DNA of 39,062 bases from Scrofimicrobium sp. (lineage in GTDB: Bacteria; Actinomycetota; Actinomycetes; Actinomycetales; Actinomycetaceae). The stretch lies in the NCBI GenBank assembly GCA_036745855.1, contig DAIOFF010000001.1, positions 1-39,062 on the forward strand, read 5' to 3'. The first letter of the stretch is position 1; each line of letters begins with the position of its first letter. The notes under the pieces were generated by a model that was given only the letters and a program-made list of their open reading frames with translations, was not told where the DNA came from and did not search any database. Made by a program: the position numbers and the translations under genes. Shown one piece after another: positions 1 to 13,400 of this stretch.

Positions 1-388
1 AAAACAGCCACTAGTGCGGACCTGATTCACCGCCTGCCTCTATGACCGGAAGGACAGCAGTTCCAAGTGCCGTAAAAGCAACCGCAGAGCGTTGCATGCA
101 AACGATCCAGCTAACACTATTGCCGCAAGCGGCGAGTTTTGTACAAGGTCAACACAAGAATGCCACTCTCGCCTGTCTAGTTAAAACCAAGTGGCAAGGC
201 CAGATAGTGATCTGGACTCGGCGGCTATATATCGCTCCCCTGACTTTAGGTCTCCTTTATGAATGTGGATACAGGTGGGCACCTCCTGCAAAAGTGCATT
301 TCGTCCTATCCCCTCACCCCCATGCCTGTGAGCGTAATCACACACCTGCCACATGTCGGATGGGTATGGAATCTGCCGCCAAGCCCCC

Positions 389-435
389 TATACTTCAGAA
401 CTTGAAACAACTATTCAAAAAGTTGAACTATCGAA
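389..435 (+). promoter_or_regulatory. Putative promoter (-10 TATACT) with operator-like TTGAA/TTCAA repeats upstream of the fatty-acid operon
   Basis: TATACT at 389-394, then TTGAA (402-406)-N7-TTCAA (414-418)-N4-TTGAA (423-427) in an AT-rich patch just before birA. Confidence 0.4.
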
Positions 436-451
436 TGGGAGTGACTGAGGA

Positions 452-1111
452 ATGCACGTGCCGCCAACTGAGGTGATAGAGGTTACGACCTCGACTAACA
501 CCTTACTCGCACGTCGATTCCTTGCTGGCGAAGCTGGCCCCTACACTTCAATAAGAGCAAGATTTCAAACAGAAGGACGCGGTCGTTTTGGCCGGTCGTG
601 GACAGCAAAACCTGACTCTGCCCTTCTCTACTCCGCAATCATCACAACTCCAAGTGCCCCCACCCGCATCCCACTTGCAGCAGGCGTTGCAGTAATCAAA
701 GTACTTGATCACCCCCAGTTGGCCCTCAAGTGGCCCAATGATGTGCTGCTTGAGGATCAAAAGCTTGCCGGGATACTGACCCAGCACCTCGGCGAAAAAA
801 ACGGACTCCACTACCTGGTCCTAGGAATAGGTATCAACCTAACTGACGCCCCTGAGGGCAAAGCCAAACTAGATCGCGACCCTGATCAACTGGCAAACTC
901 AATCAGCAAACTCCTTCCTCAAATAGACAACCTATTTGAGGAATACCCCCACTATTTCCGTCAAGGAACCGTAACCGCAAGAACCCCAAGTGGTGAAACG
1001 ATCTCTGGTTACGCGATGGGCGTCGACGAACTCGGCTCCCTCCAAATCCGATCCAGTAAAGGAATCACCAGCGTCAGCGCTGCAGAAGTCACATTTGAGG
1101 AGAAGAATTGA
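452..1111 (+). CDS. birA: Biotin--[acetyl-CoA-carboxylase] ligase, group I (no N-terminal HTH)
   Basis: Motifs TSTN, QTEGRGRFGRSW, KWPND, KLAGIL, GIGIN; 219 aa with no room for a DNA-binding domain; stop overlaps the next start (TTGA). GTG at 458 is an alternative start. Confidence 0.93.
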   Translation: MHVPPTEVIEVTTSTNTLLARRFLAGEAGPYTSIRARFQTEGRGRFGRSWTAKPDSALLYSAIITTPSAPTRIPLAAGVAVIKVLDHPQLALKWPNDVLLEDQKLAGILTQHLGEKNGLHYLVLGIGINLTDAPEGKAKLDRDPDQLANSISKLLPQIDNLFEEYPHYFRQGTVTARTPSGETISGYAMGVDELGSLQIRSSKGITSVSAAEVTFEEKN

Positions 1112-2871
1112 GCTCACTAGGTACCGTTTTGGTCGCAAACCGCGGCGAAATTGCTCTACGCATCATTCGGGGAGCCCATGATCGCGCAATGCAAGCCGTT
1201 GCTGTTTACGCAGATGGCGACAGGGACGCCAGTTTTGTCTCTGCCGCTGATCAGGCCTACTCCCTAAGCGGAACAACTGCCAGTGAAACATATCTTGATG
1301 CCGAGAAAATCCTCACTATTGCGGCGCGCTGCGGGGCAAATGCAATTCACCCTGGATACGGTTTCCTAGCCGAAGACGCTACTTTCGCGCAAGCCGTCGA
1401 AGATGCTGGACTCACATGGATTGGACCTGGGGCCAGCTCAATTGCGGCATTGGGAGACAAAGTCCAAGCCAGAAACGTCGCAGAACGCGTTGGCGTCAGC
1501 CCAGTTCCAGGAACCAATGAGCCCCTAGCCAGCCGCGCTGCAGCCCAAGATTTCATAAACCAATACGACTACCCCGTCGTGCTCAAACGCGCAGACGGAG
1601 GCGGTGGCCGGGGAATCTCAGTCATAAAGACCGAAACCGACCTCGACAACTTCTTCTCAGGACGGGATGAATCCACACTAGGCGGATTCTTCATCGAGAA
1701 ATTTATCGAACGCGGCCGCCACGTAGAGACACAGTGCGGACGCGACCGCCACGGAAACTTCGTCGTCTACTCCACGCGCGACTGCACCGTACAACGCCGC
1801 CACCAAAAACTGATCGAAGAGGCACCTGCCCCATTCTTGACGCCAGAAACCGAAACGGCACTCTTTGACGCCTCGAAAAAACTATTCGACGGCGTTGACT
1901 ACGTGGGACTTGGAACCTGCGAGTTCATGCTTGACCAAGATGGCTCCGTCTACTTCCTTGAAGTAAACCCACGCCTTCAGGTAGAACATACCGTTACAGA
2001 AGAGGTATCAGGCGTTGACCTGGTTGGACAACAGTTCATGATTGCCGAAGGCAAAGAACTCACCCGACCGGCGCCCACGCGCGGGCACAGCTTCGAACTT
2101 CGAATCACCTCTGAGGACCCCACCAGCGGCTTCTCCCCCTCCCTCGGATCGTTATCTGAGGTCAAGTGGCCAACAGGACCCGGGGTCCGCATCGACACAG
2201 GCGTCGTAGCAGGTGACGAAATCGCCCCCGACTTTGACTCAATGATCGCAAAACTCATCATCACCGGGGAAAATCGGGACCACGCTCTGCGACGCGCAAG
2301 ACGGGCACTGGCCGAAACCTCAATCCAAGGAGTGGGCACGCCAATCCCCCTCTACCAAGCAATCCTTGACACCGCAGAGTTTGAAAATCTTTCCATTTGG
2401 ACCAGGTGGTTAGAAGAACAGTTCCTGGACACATTCTTGGATGGGAAGAAGACTTCACCAAGCGAACCCGCGGCGCCAAGCAAAGCGAGCGAACTAACTC
2501 ATTTCGCAATCGAGATCGACGGACGCCGCCATGACCTGGCGCTTCCAGCAAACCTATTCAAAGGGGTCGGCGCAGACATGCCCCGGCCACCCCAACCTTT
2601 GCGCTCCGCAAAAGCAGCCAAAGGAACCGAAGCCGCCAAAGGGGATCCGAACCTTGTTTCTTCCCCACTACAAGCAATCGTCGTGCGTATTTGTGTCACC
2701 CCAGGCGAAGAAGTCACAGAAGACCAACTAGTAGCAGTACTTGAATCCATGAAGATGGAGAAATATGTTCACGCGCCACGTGCCGGAACTATCGAAGACA
2801 TTCTTGTTGCCACCGGCGACAATGTCTCGCCAAATCAGCCGTTAGTGAAGTTAGCCAAGGAGGAACAATGA
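1108..2871 (+). CDS. accBC: Acyl-CoA carboxylase alpha subunit (biotin carboxylase fused to biotin carboxyl carrier)
   Basis: ANRGEIA, HPGYGFLAE, GGGGRG, QRRHQK, EVNPRLQVEH; C-terminal biotinyl domain with ESMKME; SD GAGGAG before the TTG start. Confidence 0.95.
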   Translation: MSSLGTVLVANRGEIALRIIRGAHDRAMQAVAVYADGDRDASFVSAADQAYSLSGTTASETYLDAEKILTIAARCGANAIHPGYGFLAEDATFAQAVEDAGLTWIGPGASSIAALGDKVQARNVAERVGVSPVPGTNEPLASRAAAQDFINQYDYPVVLKRADGGGGRGISVIKTETDLDNFFSGRDESTLGGFFIEKFIERGRHVETQCGRDRHGNFVVYSTRDCTVQRRHQKLIEEAPAPFLTPETETALFDASKKLFDGVDYVGLGTCEFMLDQDGSVYFLEVNPRLQVEHTVTEEVSGVDLVGQQFMIAEGKELTRPAPTRGHSFELRITSEDPTSGFSPSLGSLSEVKWPTGPGVRIDTGVVAGDEIAPDFDSMIAKLIITGENRDHALRRARRALAETSIQGVGTPIPLYQAILDTAEFENLSIWTRWLEEQFLDTFLDGKKTSPSEPAAPSKASELTHFAIEIDGRRHDLALPANLFKGVGADMPRPPQPLRSAKAAKGTEAAKGDPNLVSSPLQAIVVRICVTPGEEVTEDQLVAVLESMKMEKYVHAPRAGTIEDILVATGDNVSPNQPLVKLAKEEQ

Positions 2872-4457
2872 CCCTCACACTGCCACCAAGAAGCGCCGCT
2901 GGGCACGGCGAAGACCAAGGACGGAACAGGCACTTGAACATCCAGCAACAACTCACTGAAGAAGCCGAAAAGAAAGCCGCAGCGCGCCAGCATCCAAATG
3001 GAAAGCTGACGGCGCGTGAGCGCATAACGGAGCTGCTCGATCCAATGAGCTTCCAGGAAGTCGGCCAGTTCGCTGGCGGAAACCCGGCGAAGGGATTCAC
3101 CGGGGCCGCCGTGATCACGGGGCATGGCACGATTGCTGGGCGGCGCGTTGCCGTTTATGCCCAAGACTTCGCTGTCCGCGGCGGCACGCTGGGACGGGTT
3201 GAAGGCGACAAGATCTTGCACATCATGGACATTGCAATGGATATGAAGGTCCCGATCATTGCGCTTCTTGATTCAGGTGGTGCACGAATCCAAGAGGGTG
3301 TGGTTGCGCTTACGCAGTACGGCCGAATCTTCCGCAAAACTTGTGCAGCTTCTGGGGTTATCCCTCAGATTTCGCTCATTCTGGGTCCTTGCGCGGGGGG
3401 CGCTGTCTACTGCCCCGCGCTAACTGACTTCATCATTATGACGAAGGAAAACTCCCACATGTTCGTCACAGGCCCAGACGTGGTCCGGGCAGTGACTGGT
3501 GAGAACGTTTCGTTTGAAGAACTTGGTGGTGCAGAACTGCACAACTTCCAGTCGGGCGTTGCGCATTACTTGGCGGATTCAGAATCAGATGCCCTCGATT
3601 ACACCCGCGCATTACTGTCGTACTTGCCATCGAATTGTGACGAGGCCCCACCGACCTATGGGTACGAAGAAACCGCCCAAGAACTTGCAAACTCAGCGGC
3701 GTTAGATTCTATTGTTCCGGCGTCTTCACGTAGGCCCTACGACATGAATGACGTCATCGAAAACATCGTTGACCACGGTGAGTTTGTCGAGGTCCATGCT
3801 GGTTTTGCCAAGAACATCGTTGTTGGTTTTGCCTGCATGGGAGGCAAACCGGTCGGAATCGTTGCCAACCAGCCTCTTCATGAGGCCGGGACGCTTGACG
3901 TTGACGCCTCGGAAAAAGCAGCCCGCTTTGTTCGCTTCTTAGACGCGTTCGGTTTGCCGATCGTCACCCTGGTTGACGTCCCTGGATATAGGCCCGGAAC
4001 AGAACAGGAACAAGCAGGAATCATTCGGCGCGGTGCCAAAATGATCTTCGCCTACGCGAATGCCCGCGTGCCAATGGTCACTGTTGTCCTGCGCAAAGCA
4101 TACGGCGGCGCATACATCGTGATGGGCTCCAAATCTATTGGTGCGGATTTCAACTTTGCGTGGCCAGACTCTGAAATCGCAGTCATGGGGGCAGATGGCG
4201 CGGTGTCGATCATGTATCGGCGCGAACTTGCTGCCGCCAAAGAACAAGGTCAAGACGTTGATGCAGTCCGCGCCGAGCTTGTCGCTAAATACACGGAAGA
4301 GACGGTGAACCCGAATCTTTCTGTCGAAGAAGGTGAGTTCGATGCCATCATCACCCCAGAGCAAACCAGAAGTTCAATCGTGAACGCACTGTCACTGCTC
4401 TCCACCAAAGACATCAGTCATGTTGGCGACAAGCGCCATGACAACGGTCCACTCTGA
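2868..4457 (+). CDS. accD: Acyl-CoA carboxylase carboxyltransferase (beta) subunit
   Basis: GKLTARERI, DSGGARIQEG, GPCAGG, DVPGY, RKAYGGAY, C-terminal KRHDNGPL; ATGA overlap with accBC and SD AGGAGG. Confidence 0.95.
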   Translation: MTLTLPPRSAAGHGEDQGRNRHLNIQQQLTEEAEKKAAARQHPNGKLTARERITELLDPMSFQEVGQFAGGNPAKGFTGAAVITGHGTIAGRRVAVYAQDFAVRGGTLGRVEGDKILHIMDIAMDMKVPIIALLDSGGARIQEGVVALTQYGRIFRKTCAASGVIPQISLILGPCAGGAVYCPALTDFIIMTKENSHMFVTGPDVVRAVTGENVSFEELGGAELHNFQSGVAHYLADSESDALDYTRALLSYLPSNCDEAPPTYGYEETAQELANSAALDSIVPASSRRPYDMNDVIENIVDHGEFVEVHAGFAKNIVVGFACMGGKPVGIVANQPLHEAGTLDVDASEKAARFVRFLDAFGLPIVTLVDVPGYRPGTEQEQAGIIRRGAKMIFAYANARVPMVTVVLRKAYGGAYIVMGSKSIGADFNFAWPDSEIAVMGADGAVSIMYRRELAAAKEQGQDVDAVRAELVAKYTEETVNPNLSVEEGEFDAIITPEQTRSSIVNALSLLSTKDISHVGDKRHDNGPL

Positions 4458-4495
4458 GCCATAAGCATCAGACAAAAGTAAGACGAAAGAAACAT

Positions 4496-7400
4496 ATGCC
4501 TACCAATTTTCGACCCTTTTCTCAGACGCTCGCCTCAAAAGGAGGCCCAGCATATGCTCTTGCATTCGCTGGTCAAGCAACCTCATGGAAAGACCATTTA
4601 GACGAACTAACCGATGAAACCCAGATTGCGAATGCGCTTTCGCAGCTTGTTGAGGCTTCAAACGTGGTTTTGGCACCTGCACACCGCGAACTGACATTAG
4701 TTGGAAACGGTGCTTTTTCCCTAGACGGACCCGATTCTGGTTTGTCCACAGATTCGATGCCGGGGATTTTGGCCACCCAATATGGGGCATTACTGGATTT
4801 GGCAGATCACGGGGTGGATTTGCGGCAAAATCCTCCGGTAGCGGTTCTTGGTCATTCGCAGGGTTTGCTTGGTGTTCAACTGTTCGAAGCGTGGATGAAT
4901 GACGACTTTGACCGTATGGCTGAGGTTTTTGCTGTTGCACGTTTGATCGGTGCTGCGGCAACTCTGGCTGGCCGCGCTGACGAAACGTTGCCTGTGGGGG
5001 ACGCGACACCTATGTTGTCGGTTCGTGGCGTGACCCGCTCTGAACTGGATTCTTTGTTGGAAAAGGTGGGTGACAATACTGCCACGATCTCACTTGTAAA
5101 TGGACCGGATCGTTTTGTTCTCTCTGGTAAACCGTCGGATTTGCTGAAGGTCATTGCGAAGGGTGAAGCCCTGTCTGCCGATGACAAGCAAGCGATTGCT
5201 TCGAAGGTTCGCGGTGGTGAGCCGTTTGCTCCTATTTTCGATTTCTTGCAGGTGACTACGCCATTTCATTGTCCACTTGAAGCAGGCGCACTAGCGCAGG
5301 TGATTGAGTGGGCGAAGCTATGCAAAATGGATATGGAGTTTGTGCAACAGCTGGCTAAGTCCATTTTGATTGATCCAGTTGATTGGCCAACTGAGCTGAA
5401 GAGCGCGATTGGCGCTGGGGCGAAGTGGATTATTGATCTGGGGCCGGGGAACACTCTTGGGCGGATCATTGAAGCTAATCTTCTTGGCTTGGGCCACGGC
5501 GTTATTCCGGCGGGTTCGGCTGCTGATCGCGATGACTTTTTGCGCGGCGGTTTTGAACCTAAGGAAGCGCAGGATTGGTCTTCTCTAAAGCCAGGCTTAC
5601 TCAGTTTGCCTGATGGGAAAGTGGCGGTGAGCACCAAGTTCTCACGCCTTACGGGCCGCTCCCCTGTGATGCTTGCTGGCATGACTCCAACCACCGTTGA
5701 TCCTGAAATTGTGGCGGCTGCGGCGAATGCGGGGCACTGGGCAGAGTTGGCCGGTGGCGGACAGGTTACTGAAGAGGTCTTCGCTGAGAACTTGGCGGGG
5801 CTTCGACGGGGTCTAAAACCAGGTGAGGCTGCGCAGTTCAACGCCATGTTCTTGGACCGCTACTTGTGGAACTTGCAGTTTGGGACGCAGTCTGTAGTTC
5901 TGAAGGCGCGCGCTGCTGGCGCGCCTATTGATGGTGTTGTTGTTTCTGCAGGAATCCCTGAGGTTGATGAAGCTGTTTCCCTTATAAAGCAGTTTGCCGA
6001 GGCCGGGATTCCTTATGTGGCTTTCAAACCTGGGACGACAGCTCAGATTCGTCAGGTCCTTGCGATTGCGGATGCTGCCCCAGAGTTTCCTTTGATCATC
6101 CAGGTAGAAGACGGTCACGCGGGTGGGCACCATTCCTGGGAGGACCTGGGCTCACTATTGCTTGCCACGTATGGGGAGATTCGTGGCCGCGACAACGTTG
6201 TGCTCTGTGTTGGTGGCGGAATCGGTACACCTGAACGCGCGGCTGACTACTTGTCTGGTGATTGGAGCGCAGCGTACGACATGCCTCCGATGCCGGTCGA
6301 TGGAGTTTTGATCGGTACCGCTGCCATGACTGCTAAAGAGGCACGCACAACTGATGAGGTCAAACAGCTACTGCTTGATACTGTCGGCGTTCCAGCTGAT
6401 GATTTCAACTCTGGATGGGTTGGTTCACAGCAAACGCGTGGCGGCGTAACTTCTGGCTTGTCCCACTTGCGCGCTGACATTCATGAGATAGATAATGCGG
6501 CTGCCAAGTGCGCCCGCCTTATTGCAGAGGTGAGCGGAGATGATGAGGCGGTAAATGCGCGTCGCGATGAGATTATTGCTTCGCTAGCCACAACCGCCAA
6601 GCCTTACTTTGGTGACGTCGATCAAATGACATACTCGAGGTGGGCTAGGCGTTTTGCTGAGCTCTCATTCCCCTGGGTTGATGACACGTGGATTGATCGT
6701 TTCCTCGATCTATTGCGCCGCGTTGAAGCGCGTTTGAATCCTGCGGAACATGGAGAGATTGAAACGCTTTTCCCGGATCTGGAATCAGTGCGCGATGCCG
6801 AAGCAGCCCTCATTGCTTTAGAAGGTGCGTACCCGTCCGCGCTCGTAACAGACGTTGCCCCAACGGATGCCGCTTGGTTTGTTGATCTTTGTGGCAAACA
6901 TCCAAAACCTATGCCATTCGTTCCAGTTCTGGACGGCGATATCTTGCGCAGGTGGGGCCAGGACAACTTGTGGCAGTCACAGGACCCACGCTATAGCGCT
7001 GATTCTGTCCGAATCATTCCTGGCCCAGTTTCAGTTATTGGAATCGACCGGATCAATGAACCTATTGGTGAACTGCTTGGCAGGTATGAGGCAGAAGCGG
7101 CTGATCGTCTGAGCTTGGCCGGAGTCCAGCAGGTGCCCGCGCGCTCCAGACTTGCTGACGCCAAAGACGCTATCGCCCTTTTGCGCGCGGCCCCACATAT
7201 TATGTGGAGTGGGAACCTCATCGAAAATCCTGCCCACGTTCTTCCGTCCCAATCTCTGACTTTCACTGAGCAACCGGAAAATCCTGGTGTCTTCGATGTC
7301 GCCATCGATTTTGACACGTATTGGGATGGAACCCCTGGCGGGGATAAAAACCACGCAGTTCGCGGACTCACTATCCCGCTGCGTATTACGGCTGAAACTA

Positions 7401-10400
7401 TTTCTGGTGGCGCACCCGTCGTTGACCGAGACACGCTTCCGCCAAACATGTTTGCTCTGCTTGCTGCAACCGCAGGAGTTGGTGGAAAGACTATTACTGG
7501 GGACACCATTGATGCTCTTCCAGTCATGACTCCAGATAGCGAAGCAGAGTTTGGCGTGGCCAGCTGGGAGTTCACGGTGGATCGTGAGCTTGCAGCGCAT
7601 CACCGTGCAGTCACCGCAGAAGCTTTGCCTGCCGAATACCAGCCAGATTCGTGGGTCCCCGACGCAATACTTGGCCTGTGCTGGCCTGCAATATATGCAG
7701 CCCTGGGTTCCGCACTGAATGATGGATACCCCGTGATCGAAGGTCTGCTTTCCGCAGTCCACCTAGACCACACGGCCAGCCTTGATGTTGACCTTGATCT
7801 ATTGATCGCAGATGGCCCCATTAAGCTCACGGTTAAGGCACATACTGCAGAGGTCCTTGAGTCCTCCTCTGGCCGCGTCGTTGTCGTCAAAGAACGGCTT
7901 TTCAACGGTAAACAAGAAATCGGTGCATTCTCTGAACGTTTCGCAATCCGCGGCCGCATTGGCTCTGACACGCCGCCACCATCTGTTGCTAACGCTGGTG
8001 GCCGGGCCGAAAGCGCAATCGACACGCCGCGTTCGGTACTTCGGCGCGTGACGGTCACTGCCCCAGCCGATATGACGCCTTTTGCGAATGTGTCGGGCGA
8101 TTTCAATCCAATCCACACCAGTAGCCGCGCAGCGATCGTTGCCGGATTGAAAGCACCACTAGTTCATGGCATGTGGCTTTCAGCTGTTGCCCAAAACCTT
8201 ATTCAAGCCGACGGGCCAGACGGTGAAGGCTGGCGGATTACTGGCTGGACCTACAACATGTATGGCCTGGTCAACCTTCACGACAAGGTCGATCTCACGG
8301 TTGAACGCATTGGCCGCCTAAATGGCGGTGGGCAGGTCCTTGAAGTCACCTGCAAGATAGATGGCCAGGTTGTCTCAAGAGGCACGGCTGTAACGCAAGC
8401 GCCTCGAACAGCATATGTATACCCAGGGCAAGGTATTCAACGTCAGGGAATGGGACTTGATGCGATCGCATCATCTGCCGCAGTCCGTGATGTTTGGGAA
8501 CGCGCAGATGCCACAACCCGCCGGGACCTAGGGTTCTCGATTATGACAGTCGTTCGCGACAACCCTGTGGAGTTCACTTCGGGCGGGCAAACTTGGCGGC
8601 ACCCTGATGGCATTTTGAACCTCACTCAGTTCACCCAAGTGGCATTGGCCGTCGTCGCATTTGCACAAACTGCACAACTGCGCGAAACCGGAGCATTGGT
8701 AGAGGGAGCATACTTCGCGGGCCATTCCCTTGGCGAATACACGGCTCTTTCCTCTTACGGTGAGGTCTTCCCCCTCGAAGTGGTACTGGCAATCGTTTTC
8801 CACCGCGGCACAACCATGCATCATTTGGTCCCCCGCGATGAGCACGGCCGTTCAAACTACCGAATGGGAGCCCTGCGGCCAAATCAGTTCGGTGTTACTG
8901 ACGCAGACGTAGTTGCCTACGTTGAAGGGGTTAGCGAGGCCTCAGGTGAGTTCCTCCAAATAGTCAACTTCAACCTTGCAGACCAACAGTATGCTGTGGC
9001 TGGCACAATAGCTGGGCTGAAAGCCCTGCAGGCCGACGCCAACAGGCGCGCCGACGAACATGGTGGCAAACGAGCCTTCATGTACGTTCCTGGCATTGAC
9101 GTGCCGTTCCACTCGAAAGTGTTGCGCGGCGGCGTTGCAGAGTTCCGCGAGAAACTAATGTCTTTGGTCCCCAAGCACATTGACACAGGCCGCCTTGTCG
9201 GAAAATACATCCCCAACTTGGTTGCCCGCCCCTTCGAGCTAACGCGCGAGTTCGGCCAAGCTATGGTTGACGAGGTCCCAAGTGAGCTTGTGGCACACCT
9301 TTTGGAAGGCGATAATTGGGAACGCGCCCTTGAAGATCCCGATGAACTAACACGGAAACTTCTGGTAGAACTTCTATGCTGGCAGTTCGCTTCCCCAGTC
9401 AGGTGGATTGAAACTCAAGACCTTCTGTTCCGTCCCATGTCTGAGGGAGGCTTGGGTGTACAACGCTGCGTAGAAATTGGTCTTGCGTCTGCACCGACGC
9501 TTGCGGGTCTTGCAGACAAGACCCTGAAACTTCCCCATTTTGCTGGGTCGCGCAGTTCTGCCTACAACCTAGAACGCGACGAAAAGGTTGTCACCTGCAC
9601 TGATGTGCGAGTTTTGTTTGAAGATGAACCTGAGGAGGATGCCGCATCTTCGGCTCCTTCTCCGTCAGCTTCCACACCTGCAGTGCCAGTCCCTGCGCCC
9701 CAGGAAACTGCTCCAGCGGCACCGGCCCCAGCCGCCCCTGCTGGCGGAGCGCGCCCAGATGACATTCCCTTCAAGGCCTCGGACGCAATCAAAGCCCTCA
9801 TGGCCTACACAAACAAGATGCGTGTTGACCAGATTGCGGACGGTGACACCACCGACACACTCACAAGCGGTGTTTCTGCCAGGCGCAACCAACTGCTCAT
9901 GGATCTGTCCGCAGAACTGGGCCTTGCTTCTATCGACGGAGCAGCTGACGCCACGGTCGTGGAACTGGCCGCATCGGTGGACAAACTGGCGCACAACTAC
10001 AGGCCATTTGGACCCGTACTGAAAGAAGCAATGAGAGATCGCTTCCGAAAAGTACTCGGCGCTGCTGGCGTGAAGCCATCAAGGATCTCTGAACGCGTCA
10101 CAGGAACATGGCTTCTTGGGGATGGATGGGCAAACGCTGTCACGGCAGAAGTCTTACTTGGGACACGCGAAGGCGACTCGGTTCGCGGAGGCCAACTAGC
10201 ATCTTTGCCGCTACCGTCCTCCCCTGCTGAGGCCGATGCAGCCATCGACCAGGCCGTAACAGAAGTCGCTGCTGCCCGCGGAATCTCAGTCGGTATGCCG
10301 CAGTCAGGCGGCAGTGGTGGAGCCACTGTTGATTCAGCGGCTCTTGATGAGTTTGCTTCTTCAATTGTTGGGCCAAATGGGATCCTTGCGGATCATGCCC

Positions 10401-13400
10401 ATGGATTGCTGGAGGCTCTGGGCCTTGAAAGTCGTTCGCTTTTGCCCCTTGGCCGCCAGGAAGCAGATGAGGACGCAGTGCGCGTTTCGAAGATTGTCGA
10501 GGCGGTCTCGGCAGAACTTGGAACGGGCTGGCTTGACCAAGTAACTCCCACTTTCTCCCCAGAAAAGGCCGTTCTTTTGGATGACCGCTGGGCAAGTGCG
10601 CGTGAGGACTTGGCTCGCATTTGGCTCTTGGCAGGAAACAAGACACAAGCGAACTTCAAAGCAGCCGGGGACGCCGTCGCCAACATGGCCGCCTATTGGC
10701 AAAGAAAAGCGGACAATGCCGGGCGCGCCGACCTCGCAAAAACCTACGCTGCCATAGAAGAAGAAGCCCGACTGAGCGCTGATGAAGCTCTGCCCTACAA
10801 GAATGAAGTCGCTCTAATCACTGGCGTGACCCCAACCTCAATCGCAGGCGCAGTTGCAGCCAGACTTTTGGCTGGTGGTGCCACAGTTATTGCAACTTCA
10901 TCCAAAGTTGATGCAGGACGTTTGGGATTTGCGAAGCGCCTCTACCGGGAAAATGCTGCACCCGGCGCAGCGCTTTGGCTAGTTCCCGCAAACCTATCTA
11001 GCTACCGCGACGTCGACTCACTGATCGACTGGGTTTGTGGCGAACAAACAAAGGTTGTTGGAGCCGACACTCAGGTTGTGAAACCGGCCTTAACCCCAAC
11101 GCTTTTCCTGCCTTTTGCTGCCCCGCGCGTTTCGGGGTCCATGGCCGATTCTGGTGAACAGTTCGAAGCGCAAACTAGGCTATTGCTCTGGTCAGTTGAA
11201 CGCAGCATTGCGAAACTTGCAGAGGCCGCCAAAGGCAAGTCTGGCGCGCGCGTCCACGTAATCCTTCCTGGCTCTCCAAACCGCGGGATCTTCGGAGGCG
11301 ACGGTGCATACGGTGAAACGAAAGCCTCATTCGACGCGATTGCCAATCGCTGGAACGCTGAACCCGTATGGGCTGATGGCATCACAATCGCACATCCTCG
11401 AATTGGTTGGGTGCGCGGCACGGGACTGATGGGCGGAAATGATCCCCTCGTCGAAGCCGCAGAAAAAGCGGGAATCTCCACCTACTCAACTGAAGAAATC
11501 GCTGAAGAACTAGTCGCTCTCTGCTCCCCAGAGACTCGCGAAGCCGCCGAACACGGGCCAGTCTCGGCTGACCTGACAGGTGGATTGGACGGCACCATTG
11601 ACCTTGGGGCACTAAAGGCCGAAGCAATGGCGAACGCCGTGGTGCCCCTCGAAAATGATCAAGACGATTCCGTTTACATTCGGGCCCTTCCAACCCCGCC
11701 CAGCCCACTACTTCCTGCCTTCGACAAGGCCCTTTGGGATTCCGGCACGGCGTCCCCCGAAGACATGGTCGTCGTAGTTGGTATCGGCGAAGTCGGCACT
11801 TGGGGAAGCGGTAGAACTCGCCACCAGGCAGAAATCGGCATCAACCCCGAAGGCGGCGTCGAACTCAGACCTGCAGCCGTACTAGAAATGGCCTGGATGA
11901 TGGGCCTTCTGCGTTGGCAAGACTCCCCCGTCGCAGGCTGGTATGACACCGACGACCAACTGGTACACGAAGAAGACATCTATGACCGCTACTCAGATGA
12001 GGTCATCGCCCGCTCAGGCGTGCGTCACTTCATCGATGGTGACGCTTCAATAGACGGAGACGGCCTAGACACGGGAACTCTGGAAGAAACCTCCATTTTC
12101 TTAGACACCGACGTGACATTCACAGTCCCAGACAAAGAGACCGCCGAAACCTTTGTCATCCAAGAACCCAAGCTAACGCGGATCGCCCCTCTTCCTGATG
12201 GCGAATGGGAAGTCACCCGGCTAGCTGGCGCTGAAGCGCGCCTGCCAAGGAGGGCGCTCATGTCCCGCCGGGTCGGCGGGCAACTGCCAACCGGCTTTGA
12301 CCCCTCCCACTGGGGTATCACACCATCCATGCTCGAAAACATGGACCGCATGGCCGCATGGAACCTGGTGACAGCAGTCGACGCGTTCCTAGCTTCCGGG
12401 TTCTCCCCTGCCGAACTGCTCCAAGTAGTACACCCCGCAGAAGTAGCAATGACCCAAGGCACCGGCTTTGGCGGCATGACCTCAATGCGCAAACTCTTTG
12501 TGGACCGCTTCCTCGGCGAGGAATACCCGCAGGACATCCTCCAAGAAACCTTGCCCAATGTTGTGGCCGCTCACGTCATGCAGTCCTACATTGGCGGCTA
12601 CGGGTCCATGATTCACCCCGTGGGTGCTTGCGCAACGGCCGCCGTTTCGGTCGAAGAGGGCATCGACAAGATCGCTTGCGGCAAGGCTTCGTTTGTTGTT
12701 GCTGGGGCCATTGACGACATGGCAGTTGAATCAGTAGTCGGTTTTGGCTCCATGAATGCCACCGCCAACACTGACGAAATGCTTGGCAAGGGCATCGAAG
12801 AGAAGTTCTTCTCCCGCGCTAATGACCGCCGCCGCGGAGGATTCGTCGAGGCCCAAGGAGGTGGCACTGTTCTTTTGGCCCGCGGAGATGTGGCAGCCGA
12901 GATGGGCTTGCCTGTCCTTGGCGTGATCGCGTTTGCGCAAAGCTTCGCAGATGGAATCCACACATCGATTCCGGCACCTGGCATGGGAGCACTGGCGGCA
13001 GCGCGTGGCGGCGAAAAGTCTCGCTTTGCCATGGACTTGGCGGCACTGGGCGTGACGGCTGACGATATTGCAGTAGTTTCCAAACACGACACCTCAACAA
13101 ACGCCAATGATCCTAATGAGTCTGAGCTGCACACGCGCCTTGCCAAAGCAATCGGACGCACAGATGGAAACCCGATGTTCGTGATTTCACAGAAGAGCCT
13201 TACGGGGCACGCAAAGGGCGGTGCTTGTGTCTTCCAGATTTCGGGGCTCACACAGCTCTTCCAAGACGGCGTCGTTCCGGCGAATGCGGCTCTTGACTGC
13301 GTTGATGGGGCACTGAGTGAGAACCCATGGCTAGTATGGCTTCGAAATCCCCTTGACCTTGGCGGCATTGGCCCAATCAAGGCTGGACTTGCCACATCCC

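Noticed and set aside
42..476. 144-aa plus-strand ORF upstream of birA
   Set aside because: No recognisable motif or SD, Cys/His-rich atypical composition, and it runs across the likely birA promoter and start; probably spurious. The three minus frames I translated over roughly 1-170 all hit stops, so 1-388 is left unassigned.
9625..9760. Pro/Ala-rich low-complexity stretch in fas
   Set aside because: Expected flexible linker between the MPT and ACP domains of FAS-I.
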